Source: Candidatus Hodarchaeota archaeon (lineage in GTDB: Archaea > Asgardarchaeota > Lokiarchaeia > Sigyniarchaeales > SOKP01). Taken from it: 64,000 nucleotides of DNA. A model generated the notes under the pieces. The model had not been told where the DNA came from. It ran no database searches and worked only from the letters and a program-made list of their open reading frames with translations. A program made the translations under genes and the position numbers. Shown piece after piece: positions 1-9,960 of this stretch. The DNA lies in NCBI GenBank assembly GCA_048886685.1, contig JBHLKM010000014.1:59903-123902 (forward strand), given 5' to 3'. The stretch's first letter is position 1; the number at the start of each line of letters is the position of its first letter.

Positions 1-3
1 GGA

Positions 4-1068
4 ATGCCGGATTTTTCCCCTCCTTTAGAACTTATAAAAGGTATAGAAATAGGAATTGAGGAAGAGGAGCATCAATACTCGGTTACATATGGTAGAGTTG
101 ATTTACGAGAAAAAATAGCTAGGAAACTTCAAGACTACAATAAAATAATAGTTGATCCCTATAATGAAATTACAATAACATGTGGTGCCAGTGAAGCAAT
201 TGCTTCAAGCATCTTTGCCATTACAAATCCAGGAGATGAGATTTTAATTCTTGAGCCTTGGTATGAAAATTATGTTCCAATAACATATCTAGCTCAAGGC
301 AAACCTGTTTTTGTCTCTTTAGCAGAAGATACTTATAATGTTGATGAGGAACGATTAAAAAATAGCATTACGAGAAACACCAAAGCGATAATTGTAAATT
401 CACCTCATAATCCTACTGGCAAGGTATTCTCTTCAGAAGACTTCAAAACAATCTCAGACTTGTGTATAGACTATGATATCGTCGCAATAACAGATGAGAT
501 ATATGAATATATTTTATTTGACAACCTAAAACATCAAAGTATTGGTAGTTTTGACTCTATGCATGAAAAAACCATCACGGTTAGTGGTTTTAGTAAAACA
601 TTTTCAGTAACAGGATGGAGGATTGGTTATGTAGCAGCAAATAAAGAGTTGATGGAAGGTATCAGAAAAGTTCATGATTACCTTACTGTTTGTGCTCCCT
701 CATTATTGCAATATGCATCGTTAAATGCTTTTACTTTAGATTCTTCATATTTCAATAACCTTAGGAATAGATATCAAACGAATCGAGACTATTTTTATAA
801 CCAACTTACAAAAATAGGAATGCAGGTGTTTAAACCAGAAGGTGCTTATTATATGTTTGCTAATATTTCTCAATTTGGCATGGATGATTTAGAATTTTCA
901 GATTTTTTAGTAAAAGATGAGGGTGTTGCGGTGGTTCCAGGATCCAGTTTTTATGATGGTAAATATAAAAATAGAAATCCGGGATCTGATTATGTTAGGT
1001 TTTCAATTTCACAAAAATTAGAAACATTAAAACAAGCTATAGTGCGAATTGAGACAAAACTAATTTGA
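4..1068 (+). CDS. PLP-dependent aminotransferase class I/II (probably 5'-truncated by the window edge)
   Basis: NSPHNPTG, DEIY, SKTFSVTGWRIG (PLP-lysine motif). Begins at the GMPDF motif, which normally lies about 30 aa into the protein. Confidence 0.93.
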   Translation: MPDFSPPLELIKGIEIGIEEEEHQYSVTYGRVDLREKIARKLQDYNKIIVDPYNEITITCGASEAIASSIFAITNPGDEILILEPWYENYVPITYLAQGKPVFVSLAEDTYNVDEERLKNSITRNTKAIIVNSPHNPTGKVFSSEDFKTISDLCIDYDIVAITDEIYEYILFDNLKHQSIGSFDSMHEKTITVSGFSKTFSVTGWRIGYVAANKELMEGIRKVHDYLTVCAPSLLQYASLNAFTLDSSYFNNLRNRYQTNRDYFYNQLTKIGMQVFKPEGAYYMFANISQFGMDDLEFSDFLVKDEGVAVVPGSSFYDGKYKNRNPGSDYVRFSISQKLETLKQAIVRIETKLI

Positions 1069-1118
1069 AAATTAAGTGTCTATTCTTATTTTTATAAATT
1101 CCTATTATTTAATCTCAT

Positions 1119-1259
1119 ATGCCAGAAGAGGCAATTAATAACAAGCAAAATTATAGAGTTATAATATATCATGGTCACCTCCACAAAATTCCTATAGATG
1201 AGAACACAGAAGAATTTCAAGAGAAAAAACTGGTTTTAAAAGAAGAGTCAATTAAATGA
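1119..1259 (+). CDS. putative 46-aa small protein (MPEEAINNKQNYRVIIYHGHLHKIP...)
   Basis: Hand-translated ATG..TGA ORF filling the intergenic gap. Below the ORF-track cutoff; no family recognised. Confidence 0.35.
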   Translation: MPEEAINNKQNYRVIIYHGHLHKIPIDENTEEFQEKKLVLKEESIK

Positions 1260-1338
1260 TACAATTTATAAAAAATCTCATTATCTTTTTATATATTAGA
1301 AGAACCTAATAAATTAATCATTTTTATCTCTAAATTGA

Positions 1339-1908
1339 TTGTATATGGATATGAATAAATCAAGGAAAAGAGAAATTAAAGGAAATCTCTTAAGTCCTTT
1401 ACCAGTTGTTTTGGTAGGCGCTCTGGTTAATAAAAAACCGAATTACCTTGTGATAGGATATATATGTCCTTTCGACTTCGGGAGATATATATTCTTTAGT
1501 CTATACAAGAAGCGGTACACTAGGATTGGTATTCATGAAAATATGACTTTTAGTGTAAATGTCCCAAATGAAGATATTTTAGCTGAAACAGATATTTGTG
1601 GCAGCAAGTCTGGTCATGATTTCGATAAATCTTCAATCTTTAACACTTTTTATGGAGAATTACAAACGGCTCCTATGATAAGCGAATGTCCTGTGAACAT
1701 AGAGTGTAGAGTAGCTGAAATTCTCGATTACGACCCTAATGAAGGTATCATAGGTGAAGTTATTAAATCATATGCAAATCCTCATTGCTTAACGGGTGAT
1801 AAACTAGATTGGAGAAAAATTCATCCTATTATATGGGCAACGGGAGGTGATTTTAATTATTATCAACTTGGTAAAAGAATTGTACCAGAAGAAGTTGAAA
1901 AGGATTAA
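1339..1908 (+). CDS. flavin reductase-like / flavoredoxin family protein
   Basis: PLPVVLVG, FSVNVP, CGSKSGHDFDK, APMISECPVNIECRV. True start probably ATG 1345 or 1351. Confidence 0.88.
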   Translation: MYMDMNKSRKREIKGNLLSPLPVVLVGALVNKKPNYLVIGYICPFDFGRYIFFSLYKKRYTRIGIHENMTFSVNVPNEDILAETDICGSKSGHDFDKSSIFNTFYGELQTAPMISECPVNIECRVAEILDYDPNEGIIGEVIKSYANPHCLTGDKLDWRKIHPIIWATGGDFNYYQLGKRIVPEEVEKD

Positions 1909-1969
1909 ATGACATCTTTCATTTTTTGGGATTATTAAAATTGATTATAAACATATGAGGATTTTTTAA

Positions 1970-2473
1970 ATGGGTGAAAGCGAGCAGATTAAATTGTTAA
2001 AGGACAGAAGAAGTATAAGAAGTTATGAATCAAAGCCTATTGATGATGATATTTTAACTAATATTCTTGATACAGCTAGATGGTGTATGAGTGCTAGAAA
2101 TAGGCAACCATGGACTTTTTACGTCATTAGAAATAGAGAATTAATTGAAAAAATTGCTAAGGAATGCACTACTGGCCCTTTTGCTTCAGGAGCACCTCTA
2201 TTGATAGCAATTGTTGGAGACAAGGAATTATCGCCAAATTGGTATCTTCATGATACATGTTTTGTTTCATTACAATTAGCTTTAGCTGCGTGGTCATATG
2301 GTATTGGAACATGCTGGATTGGTAGGATAAACCGAGATAATGTAAAAAGTCTACTAAATCTTAAAGAAAGTGATGATTTATTAACTGTTCTTCCATTAGG
2401 ATATCCAAAGGGAGCAATCCCTAAGCCAAGGCCTCGAAAACCATTAGAAGAAATCGTTAAATATATAGATTAA
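1970..2473 (+). CDS. nitroreductase family protein
   Basis: RRSIRSY, SARNRQPW, GIGTCWIG, LPLGYP. Confidence 0.93.
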   Translation: MGESEQIKLLKDRRSIRSYESKPIDDDILTNILDTARWCMSARNRQPWTFYVIRNRELIEKIAKECTTGPFASGAPLLIAIVGDKELSPNWYLHDTCFVSLQLALAAWSYGIGTCWIGRINRDNVKSLLNLKESDDLLTVLPLGYPKGAIPKPRPRKPLEEIVKYID

Positions 2474-2560
2474 TTCTTATTTCAACATCTTTTTTTTCAA
2501 AACTTCTAAGTAGAAGTAGTGTAAGCATTATAAATCGATAAATCCTATTAATAATGAAAA

Positions 2561-3523
2561 TTAATATTTTTTCAAAATTTCATTAAACACTGATTCTTCA
2601 ATATTACCGCCACTTATCACCGCTACTACATTTTTACTTAGGAACTTTTGTTTTTTCTCGAGGATATGAGCAACGACCGTGGCTCCAGCCCCTTCAACGA
2701 TTTGACCTTCATTCTCCCACAAAAGGTAGATTGCTTTTTCAACACTATCCTCCTTTACCAACACAATCTCATCTACACATTTTTTTATTATCTCAAAAGT
2801 AATGGCATCAGATTCAAGCCCACCTAACAGTCCCTCTGCTATAGTATTAAATTCTTCGATGTCTACGATTTTACCAACTTTCCAAGATTCATACATAGTT
2901 GAGGCTCCTTTAGTTTGAACACCAATTATTTCAATATTTGGATTTAGGGATTTAGCAGTGAAAGCGATTCCAGAGATTAAGCCGCCCCCTCCGATGGGGA
3001 CAATTATTATATCTACATTTTTAAGATCCTTATAAATTTCAAGAGCTATTGTTCCCTGACCCGTTATAATATTAATATCATTATACGGACTAATATAAGT
3101 TATATTCTCTTTTATAGACAAGTTCCTTGCTTTTGTCTCAATTTCATTGAAGTCTCCTTCTTGAATGATAGATACATCGTATTTTTTGATTTTATTTAAT
3201 TTAACTTCAGAAATATTAATAGGAACTACGATTTTAGCAGGGATTCCTAAATGTTGTGCTGCTAATCCTATTCCTTGAGCGTGATTTCCCGATGAGGCTG
3301 TAATAATTCCATGTATCTTTTCATTGGAACTCAACTGTAACATACGGTTTAAGGCTCCACGAATTTTAAAAGCATTAGTGAGTTGTAAATTTTCCAACTT
3401 CAAATAAACATTACTATGACATAATTTACTAAAATATCCTGAATGAATGAGAGGAGTTTTTCTAATAAATCCTTTAATCTTTTGATGAGCTTTTTTAATT
3501 GCTTCTAAAGTTAAATCATTCAT
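2561..3523 (-). CDS. ilvA: threonine/serine dehydratase (catabolic type, no ACT domain)
   Basis: LKLENLQLTNAFKIRGA, SSGNHAQG, PIGGGGLISG, SGGN. Start moved to ATG 3523. Confidence 0.9.
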   Translation of the reverse strand: MNDLTLEAIKKAHQKIKGFIRKTPLIHSGYFSKLCHSNVYLKLENLQLTNAFKIRGALNRMLQLSSNEKIHGIITASSGNHAQGIGLAAQHLGIPAKIVVPINISEVKLNKIKKYDVSIIQEGDFNEIETKARNLSIKENITYISPYNDINIITGQGTIALEIYKDLKNVDIIIVPIGGGGLISGIAFTAKSLNPNIEIIGVQTKGASTMYESWKVGKIVDIEEFNTIAEGLLGGLESDAITFEIIKKCVDEIVLVKEDSVEKAIYLLWENEGQIVEGAGATVVAHILEKKQKFLSKNVVAVISGGNIEESVFNEILKKY

Positions 3524-3646
3524 TTTTATATTTCCTAATCTCTTCAATTTCTAAATTAACATCATTTTAGATAGTATTTTTATTAGAATCAAATTATTTA
3601 AGAATGGATTTAATAATAATGATATCACATAAAAAAAAATAACAAT

Positions 3647-4432
3647 ATGTTAGATAAGATATGGAATCTTCGTGATTATGTTTAAAAAATTGAAGATACT
3701 AAAGAGGAAATAATAAATCACTTAAAATCCATTAAAGATCTGGATGATTCAACTAGAAATATATGGACTGCTGACGTTAAGGAATTTTTCCATAATGCTG
3801 TTTCTGCTTGGGAAGTACTTACAGCGATTACAGAAGGGGAACCTGATTTGAAAAACGTTGACAATTCAAAAAGTTTCTTATGTGCTGCCAGAAATCGCCT
3901 TTCTCAAATAATGAGTGAACTCAAAATGTTTCATAGTAAAGAACCGTCAATTCTTATTGAAAAGATTAAAACAGCTTTTAAAGAATGTTGGGACTCGTTT
4001 TGGATTGTTTTTAAGAGTTTATTACCTGAAAAAGAATTTGTGAAGCCTAAAAAAAGAGTGATTAAAGTATCTGATTTAGAATATCACCTTCCTTGTTCTG
4101 TATGTAGTAAAATTGCTGTTAAATTTAAAATTGGTTATAGAAGATTAGATGAAAAGGAATCTCTTGTGTTTAGGGGGATTACACTTGAAACCTCCTTAAA
4201 AGTTGAATTAGCAGAGATATTATTTAAGATTTTACAGAAAAAGAACCTTTTAGGCGTTCATAATTTCATGCAAAAATATCATTCATTTGAAGGAGTGGAT
4301 ACATATTGCCCTGAATGTGATGAGATTTATTGTTGGGAGCATTAAAATGCAAGAGAAGAATATGATGATGGATTTTATGATTTTAATTATGGTGAATGCC
4401 CAAAGGGTCATATAAGAATGATTGATGATTGA
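3647..4432 (+). pseudogene. Zn-binding hypothetical protein interrupted by two in-frame TAA stops (3683-3685, 4343-4345)
   Basis: One frame from ATG 3647: MLDKIWNLRDYV*KIEDTKEE... CSVC ... YCPECDEIYCWEH*NAREEYDDGFYDFNYGECPKGHIRMIDD*. Protein-like sequence continues across both stops. Confidence 0.75.
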
Positions 4433-4515
4433 ATAATTGATTCTAATAATAAAGTTAAAATCTTGTCAATCCCTTAACTTATCAAGTTTCTATAAAAATA
4501 CTGAGAGATCTTATA

Positions 4516-5031
4516 ATGGAATTTTATGAAGTAGTTAGGAAAAGGAGAAGCTATCGAGTTTTTAAACCAGATATGCCTGAAAAAGAAAAAGTTGACAGAA
4601 TTTTAGAATCAGCCCGTTTAGCGCCAACTTGGGCCAATTCACAATGCGTTTCATATATTGTGGTTCAAGAACCAGAGAATGTTAAGGCAGTTTGGCAAGC
4701 AGTAGGACAAAGGCAAAAATTTACTGAAGCACCTATGTTCATAGTAGGAATAGTTTCTGAGAAAACTTCTGGAACTAATTTGAATGGTGAAAAGTACTAT
4801 GGTGTAGATTTTGGTATTTGCTTTGAACATCTAATATTAGCTGCAACAGCTGAAGGCTTAGCAACATGCTGGATTGGATGGTTTAATGAAAGGAAAGTTA
4901 AAGAAGTATTAAATATTCCAGATAAATACAAGGTAATGGGCCTAACACCACTGGGGTATCCCGTGAAATCTAAAGGTGAAATTACCGATCGTAAACCTTT
5001 GGAGAAAATAGTACATTATGAAAAATTCTAA
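4516..5031 (+). CDS. nitroreductase family protein
   Basis: RRSYRVF, LAPTWANSQ, GLATCWIGWF, PLGYP, RKPLE. Confidence 0.93.
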   Translation: MEFYEVVRKRRSYRVFKPDMPEKEKVDRILESARLAPTWANSQCVSYIVVQEPENVKAVWQAVGQRQKFTEAPMFIVGIVSEKTSGTNLNGEKYYGVDFGICFEHLILAATAEGLATCWIGWFNERKVKEVLNIPDKYKVMGLTPLGYPVKSKGEITDRKPLEKIVHYEKF

Positions 5032-5071
5032 CATAGATCTTTTTTTTATTTATTTTTAAGGTAAGACTAAT

Positions 5072-5269
5072 TTGAGAGAACGAGAGTGCTTTAAGTGTGG
5101 AAAAGTACTGGATTATGATAGTTTTATTAAAAATGTCAATCCAAATGACATCGAAAAATTAACAAATATTTGGAATAGTGATCATGTAGAATTTTTCTGT
5201 TGCCGATGTTACAGCTTCAAGATTAAGTACCAACCCCACAACGATATAGAAGATTTTTCTTATTATTAA
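5072..5269 (+). CDS. small zinc-finger protein (CxxC ... CCxC)
   Basis: CFKC and FFCCRC motifs; TTG start. Confidence 0.7.
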   Translation: MRERECFKCGKVLDYDSFIKNVNPNDIEKLTNIWNSDHVEFFCCRCYSFKIKYQPHNDIEDFSYY

Positions 5270-5294
5270 CATTTTGTTGTATTGAAAAAAAATA

Positions 5295-5702
5295 TTAGTT
5301 TTCCTTGAGTTCTTTTAGTAGTTCTTCTAATATTTGTATAACACGCTCTTTTTGTGTATATAATGCATTGGGATAATTATAACTAAATGTACGCCAGTAT
5401 GGTCGCTTATGACCGATTTTAAATTTAACTCCTTTCATAGAGGTCATATAAGAGTTCTCATCAATCTTAGTAGCTATTTGATCAGCAATAATGTACCAAT
5501 GAAATTTCGTTTTTCTAGCTGCTCCCGAATTTCTTGGAGCAGGTGTTAATCTTGTTTTAAGACTGTCAAAGGTAAAGATCCATTTGTCAGGAGCTTTTTT
5601 AGTTTCAAACCATTTTCCATTATTATAATTCCAAGAATGAGAGCCTCCAACTTTCATTCCTGAATAAATTTTTTTATCGTGAATCTTAAGAGTATCATAC
5701 AT
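5295..5702 (-). CDS. conserved hypothetical protein (YSGMKVGGSHSWNY...FHWYIIADQ family)
   Basis: Clean ORF with aromatic-rich, conserved-looking motifs; function unknown. Confidence 0.75.
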   Translation of the reverse strand: MYDTLKIHDKKIYSGMKVGGSHSWNYNNGKWFETKKAPDKWIFTFDSLKTRLTPAPRNSGAARKTKFHWYIIADQIATKIDENSYMTSMKGVKFKIGHKRPYWRTFSYNYPNALYTQKERVIQILEELLKELKEN

Positions 5703-5869
5703 TTTAGTTTTTTAATTACAATACTTTTATTAAAAAATCATGAATCACAAAAATAACACTGTTTATATACCTTTAAAGACTCATGATTTTTTATTTACCC
5801 CTGAATTTGATTTATACGTGAATCTCTAAACAAAATTAATAAGTAAAAATTTTGAATTAAAAAATTGAA

Positions 5870-6307
5870 TTATTTGGTACGCCACTCATACTTTTTTGGG
5901 CCAGTAAATAGTAGAAAGAGAGCAACGATTAATATTGGTATTCCACCCCACCAAGTGAAAATTTCAAGAATTATAAACCAAAAAAGCATCCATGGAAATC
6001 TAAAGTTTCCCAACTCAATAACCCAATCTAATAGAAAATCCCAATCTTTATCGGCACATTTATCAGAAAATTTTGGTTTAATAATGGCATATGATATTAC
6101 AATTGTAATCACACCACCGATGATCATAAAAATAAAACCCTCAATGCCAATTCCTAATAAAAAAGTGCCAACAACTGTTGCTCCATAAAATCCCCATATA
6201 AAAGAGCTAATTCCGCTTATAATTCCGATGATCCATGCCCATTTCCCCAGATCAGAAACAAATTTTTCGTATTTTGACCAATTGGGGTTTCCTTCTTCAA
6301 TTCCCAT
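5870..6307 (-). CDS. hypothetical membrane protein
   Basis: Several hydrophobic segments; ATG start with upstream GAGG. Confidence 0.8.
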   Translation of the reverse strand: MGIEEGNPNWSKYEKFVSDLGKWAWIIGIISGISSFIWGFYGATVVGTFLLGIGIEGFIFMIIGGVITIVISYAIIKPKFSDKCADKDWDFLLDWVIELGNFRFPWMLFWFIILEIFTWWGGIPILIVALFLLFTGPKKYEWRTK

Positions 6308-6453
6308 ATTCTTATCCTCTTTTTTCTATAACAATCTTAAAAAATTAGATATGATATATTAAGCACACAAATATTTAAAGAATGTTAAGGAATAGGCATG
6401 ATAGGGAAATTTAATTAACTTTTAATTTTGAGTTTGTTGAAAAAATAGTTCCT

Positions 6454-7911
6454 TTAAGATCGTGGTTCTAATATCTCTCCTACGTAATAAAAGCCAACTA
6501 AATTACCCCTCCTTTCAAATTTCCTTGAGACCAATAAGATAATTACATGTTCATTTTCGTCAAGCAAATTAATACCAACAGCGTGCTTTACTGATTGTTC
6601 TATTATTTCTTCAGCATCCATATGGAAAAAATCAATATTTTCTATATGGACTGGTTGTACTCCCCAAACAAGCCCTAATTCACGTGCGGTCCTCTTTAAA
6701 GGCGTAATTGCGACAATCGGTAATGGAGGACGATATTTAGCTATCATTCGTGCACCATACCCTCTCCGTGTAATAACAAGAATTTTCCCCCTGAAATTTA
6801 ACTCTTGCATTTCTTCTGCTAAAGCATGAATCGCGTGTCCTAAAGTCTGTGTGTGGGTAAGTCTATCAGAATCAAATTCATCTGGAACTCTCCGTGGCAT
6901 ATTTTCAGTTGCTGTTTTAGCAATTTGATTCATATATTGTACAGCATTGATAGGAAACTTGCCTACTGCCGTTTCACCTGAGAGCATTACAGCATCACTC
7001 CCATCAAAAACCGCATTAAATACATCATTAGCTTCAGCTCGAGTAGGGATAGGTGCGTTAATCATAGATTCGAGCATTTGAGTTGCGACAATGACAGGTT
7101 TTCCTTCCTTATTACATTTGTAAATCATATCTTTTTGTTTTAAAGGCACTTTATCAGGATCAATTTCTACACCTAAATCACCTCGAGCTACCATTATTCC
7201 ATCACTTACTTCTAGTATGGCATCAAAATTATCTAAAGCAATGGGTCTTTCAATTTTAGAAATGAGTTTAATATTATCATTTCCATGATTTTCAAGTATT
7301 CTTTTCACATGAAGTATATCACTACTATCTGAAACAAAAGAAATTGCTACGTATTCTGGATCTAACTCAGCAATAAGTTCTAAATCTTTAATATCTTTTT
7401 CTGTGGGAACTCTTTGCTGTAATTCGCCTGATGGAATATTAACTCCCTTTCTATTGCTAATCATTCCACCAGCTAAGACTTCTCCAATAATATGATCTTC
7501 TAGCTTATTTTTTACTCTAATCTTGATAATCCCATCATTTACAAAAAATATATCCCCAACTCTCATAATGTTCAAAAATCCATCTAATGGTATTGAGAAT
7601 TGATCTTGATCTCCTTCAATCTCTTTCTCAAAAACTTTAACTTCTTGTCCAATGTTTAAATTATAGGCTTTTTCATCTTTAAACACCCCAACTCTAATTT
7701 TTGGGCCTTGAATATCGGCTAAAATTCCCACATAATCATCTATTCCTCTAATTTTTTTAATTAATTCTCTTTTTTCGTCATGTGTACCATGCGAGAAGTT
7801 TAAACGGAATATATCTACCCCTGCTTCAGTTAATTTTTTTAACATTTGTTTAGAGCTGGAGGCTGGTCCAAGGGTACTGACAATTTTAACTGTGTTCTCC
7901 CTTAGTGACAT
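6454..7911 (-). CDS. pyk: pyruvate kinase
   Basis: TLGPAS, RLNFSHG, DIQGPKIR, MVARGDLGVE, ATQMLESM, DAVMLSGETA. Confidence 0.98.
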   Translation of the reverse strand: MSLRENTVKIVSTLGPASSSKQMLKKLTEAGVDIFRLNFSHGTHDEKRELIKKIRGIDDYVGILADIQGPKIRVGVFKDEKAYNLNIGQEVKVFEKEIEGDQDQFSIPLDGFLNIMRVGDIFFVNDGIIKIRVKNKLEDHIIGEVLAGGMISNRKGVNIPSGELQQRVPTEKDIKDLELIAELDPEYVAISFVSDSSDILHVKRILENHGNDNIKLISKIERPIALDNFDAILEVSDGIMVARGDLGVEIDPDKVPLKQKDMIYKCNKEGKPVIVATQMLESMINAPIPTRAEANDVFNAVFDGSDAVMLSGETAVGKFPINAVQYMNQIAKTATENMPRRVPDEFDSDRLTHTQTLGHAIHALAEEMQELNFRGKILVITRRGYGARMIAKYRPPLPIVAITPLKRTARELGLVWGVQPVHIENIDFFHMDAEEIIEQSVKHAVGINLLDENEHVIILLVSRKFERRGNLVGFYYVGEILEPRS

Positions 7912-7996
7912 TTTTGCTCATTTCCTTGATTTTGTAAATTAAATAACTTTGGGATATAAAAATAATTAATAATATTATTGTATTTATACTTAAAAA

Positions 7997-8467
7997 TTAT
8001 TCATTTTCTACAAGTTTCTTTATTTTTATTAATTTTTCTCGGAAATCTTTTCTAAATGCTTTTAAAATTTCAATAGAATTGCTATAGTCTTTTGGACTTT
8101 TGATTTCTTTCATAGAAAGTAATTGAGTTCTTAATGTCTTAGGATAAATGGAATATTGAATTAATTTTAAATCATTTTTAATAGCGAATCCTTTCGCAAG
8201 CTGAACAAGTAAATCAGAGCTATTAGCCGCTAGTGTAATTGCTAAAAAATATCGCAGTTTTGGTTGTTTTAAATGACTTTTTACGATAATAAAATAAAAT
8301 CTCTTAATAAATTCGTTCATATCATATATAGATTTTACTGGTAAAGAAATAAGCGTATTATCAATGAGCTCAGCTATTGGTGCTCTTTTTCCTCTAACTT
8401 TTTTAATATCCTTGATTATTTCGCTTTCAATAAAGGATTTTAATTCTATTTCACTGATGATTGGCAT
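7997..8467 (-). CDS. hypothetical protein
   Basis: 156-aa ORF, ATG start, co-oriented upstream of pyk. Confidence 0.75.
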   Translation of the reverse strand: MPIISEIELKSFIESEIIKDIKKVRGKRAPIAELIDNTLISLPVKSIYDMNEFIKRFYFIIVKSHLKQPKLRYFLAITLAANSSDLLVQLAKGFAIKNDLKLIQYSIYPKTLRTQLLSMKEIKSPKDYSNSIEILKAFRKDFREKLIKIKKLVENE

Positions 8468-8975
8468 ATTTTTTTCATAAAATCTATATCTTAATTATTT
8501 TATTAAAACTTCTTTTTAATTAAAAAATAGACAGTTTTCTTTAAATGCTTTAAATATAAAGTTCAAATTTAAATAGATCTACCCATAGCACCTTTTTTTT
8601 AAATTAAACTAAAGATTTAAATAGTTCCTTTTGTTTAATATAGATGGCACCGACGTTAAAAGAAAATTCTCTATTAAAGGGTTCAGAGTAATACAAAGCG
8701 CATCAACAGTTTCTATAATTAAGGATTTTATCCATTTCAAAATCTAGCAGAATTAAAAAAAATATTGTTGTAAAAATATGGAAATAATCCCAGCAGTAAA
8801 AAAAAATCATATAGCAATACAAAAGTTTATCGATTGGGATAAATGTAAGAACATGTTTTATAACAACATATATTTAGACAAGTGGAAACTAGTAATAAAA
8901 ATGCCACTCATTCCAAGAGAAGACTCTGATGAAGATATTAAAATAAAAAAGTTCGACCTTGAGAAGTACACTTAT

Positions 8976-9128
8976 TTATGCTCTTACTGATTTATTCCTT
9001 GGATTTTTCCTTTTTATCTTTAATATATCATTCCAGCACTTAAAACACATGTATGAACTTCCGTCTTCTCCTAAGACTAAATCTTTGGTAGATCGAATCA
9101 TTCCGCAAATATTACATTTGTTCAACAT
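8976..9128 (-). CDS. 50-aa C4 zinc-finger microprotein (MLNKCNICGMIRSTKDLVLGEDGSSYMCFKCWNDILK...)
   Basis: Hand-translated. CxxC-x19-CxxC followed by a basic tail; directly downstream of and co-oriented with 9158..9793. Missing from the ORF track. Confidence 0.7.
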   Translation of the reverse strand: MLNKCNICGMIRSTKDLVLGEDGSSYMCFKCWNDILKIKRKNPRNKSVRA

Positions 9129-9157
9129 AACTAGTTTTTGACCTTAATGAAAGTATA

Positions 9158-9793
9158 TTAATCAAATTTTATCCAGGTTCTCAATGCTGTATATTTTTGT
9201 AGCTTTTCTGTAGCAGATTCAATTTCTTCCTGAGTCATGAAATATTTTTTGATTCCTTGTCTCTTGAGATCTTCAATTTTTTTATCAATAACATTCATTA
9301 TCTTATTTGAAAGTTTTTTTGTATATTTAGCACTTCTATCTTTAAGAGTCCTATCATTAATTTCAAGAGATTTTAATTCATCAATATATCCTTGTTTATC
9401 CAGATTATCTAATTTATACTGTAAAAAACTCATGCTTAGCTCACGTAATTGTAATGCTGCATTCACAATATGACCATGATCTCCATATCTGCCTGTGAAT
9501 ACTTGGATCGTATCCCAAATAATTATAATCATAATAAATAAAGCGATTATATCTGCGAAAAGGAGATATACTCTAAATTCTGTAAAATTATTAGAAAATG
9601 CCGTAAAAATTAATGAAATTGCTGCAATAAAGCTTAAAATTAATAGAACTAATAGTTTGATTTTCCTACTCTTCTCAGATTTATCCCAAAGTATAGTATG
9701 TGTTGCTTCCAAGTCGATTGATCTATTATAACTGACTTTAATTTTAGCTATTGAAAGCTCTTTAAGTTCTTCTAACTCACTTTCCATCTTCAT
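9158..9793 (-). CDS. SLATT-like two-TM membrane protein
   Basis: Y..TH..D helix, two TM helices, H...N...LRE, C-terminal F.xEEIE motif; resembles SLATT family 4. Confidence 0.6.
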   Translation of the reverse strand: MKMESELEELKELSIAKIKVSYNRSIDLEATHTILWDKSEKSRKIKLLVLLILSFIAAISLIFTAFSNNFTEFRVYLLFADIIALFIMIIIIWDTIQVFTGRYGDHGHIVNAALQLRELSMSFLQYKLDNLDKQGYIDELKSLEINDRTLKDRSAKYTKKLSNKIMNVIDKKIEDLKRQGIKKYFMTQEEIESATEKLQKYTALRTWIKFD

Positions 9794-9960
9794 ACACTCA
9801 TATTTCGTGTGGTGTTAGATATCTATTCGAAATAATATTGATTGATATTATTTATTATAAAGATCTATCAGTTTTCTATTAATAATTTTAACTAAGAACC
9901 ATATAATAATATAATAAATCTATTTCAAATTATAGTTTTATAAAGAGGTAAAAAGCCAAT

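Noticed and set aside
8778-9141. Track ORFs 8778..8990 (+) and 8959..9141 (+)
   Set aside because: The second is the antisense shadow of the zinc-finger ORF 8976..9128. The first has no recognisable motif and may be a decayed fragment, so it is unsupported.
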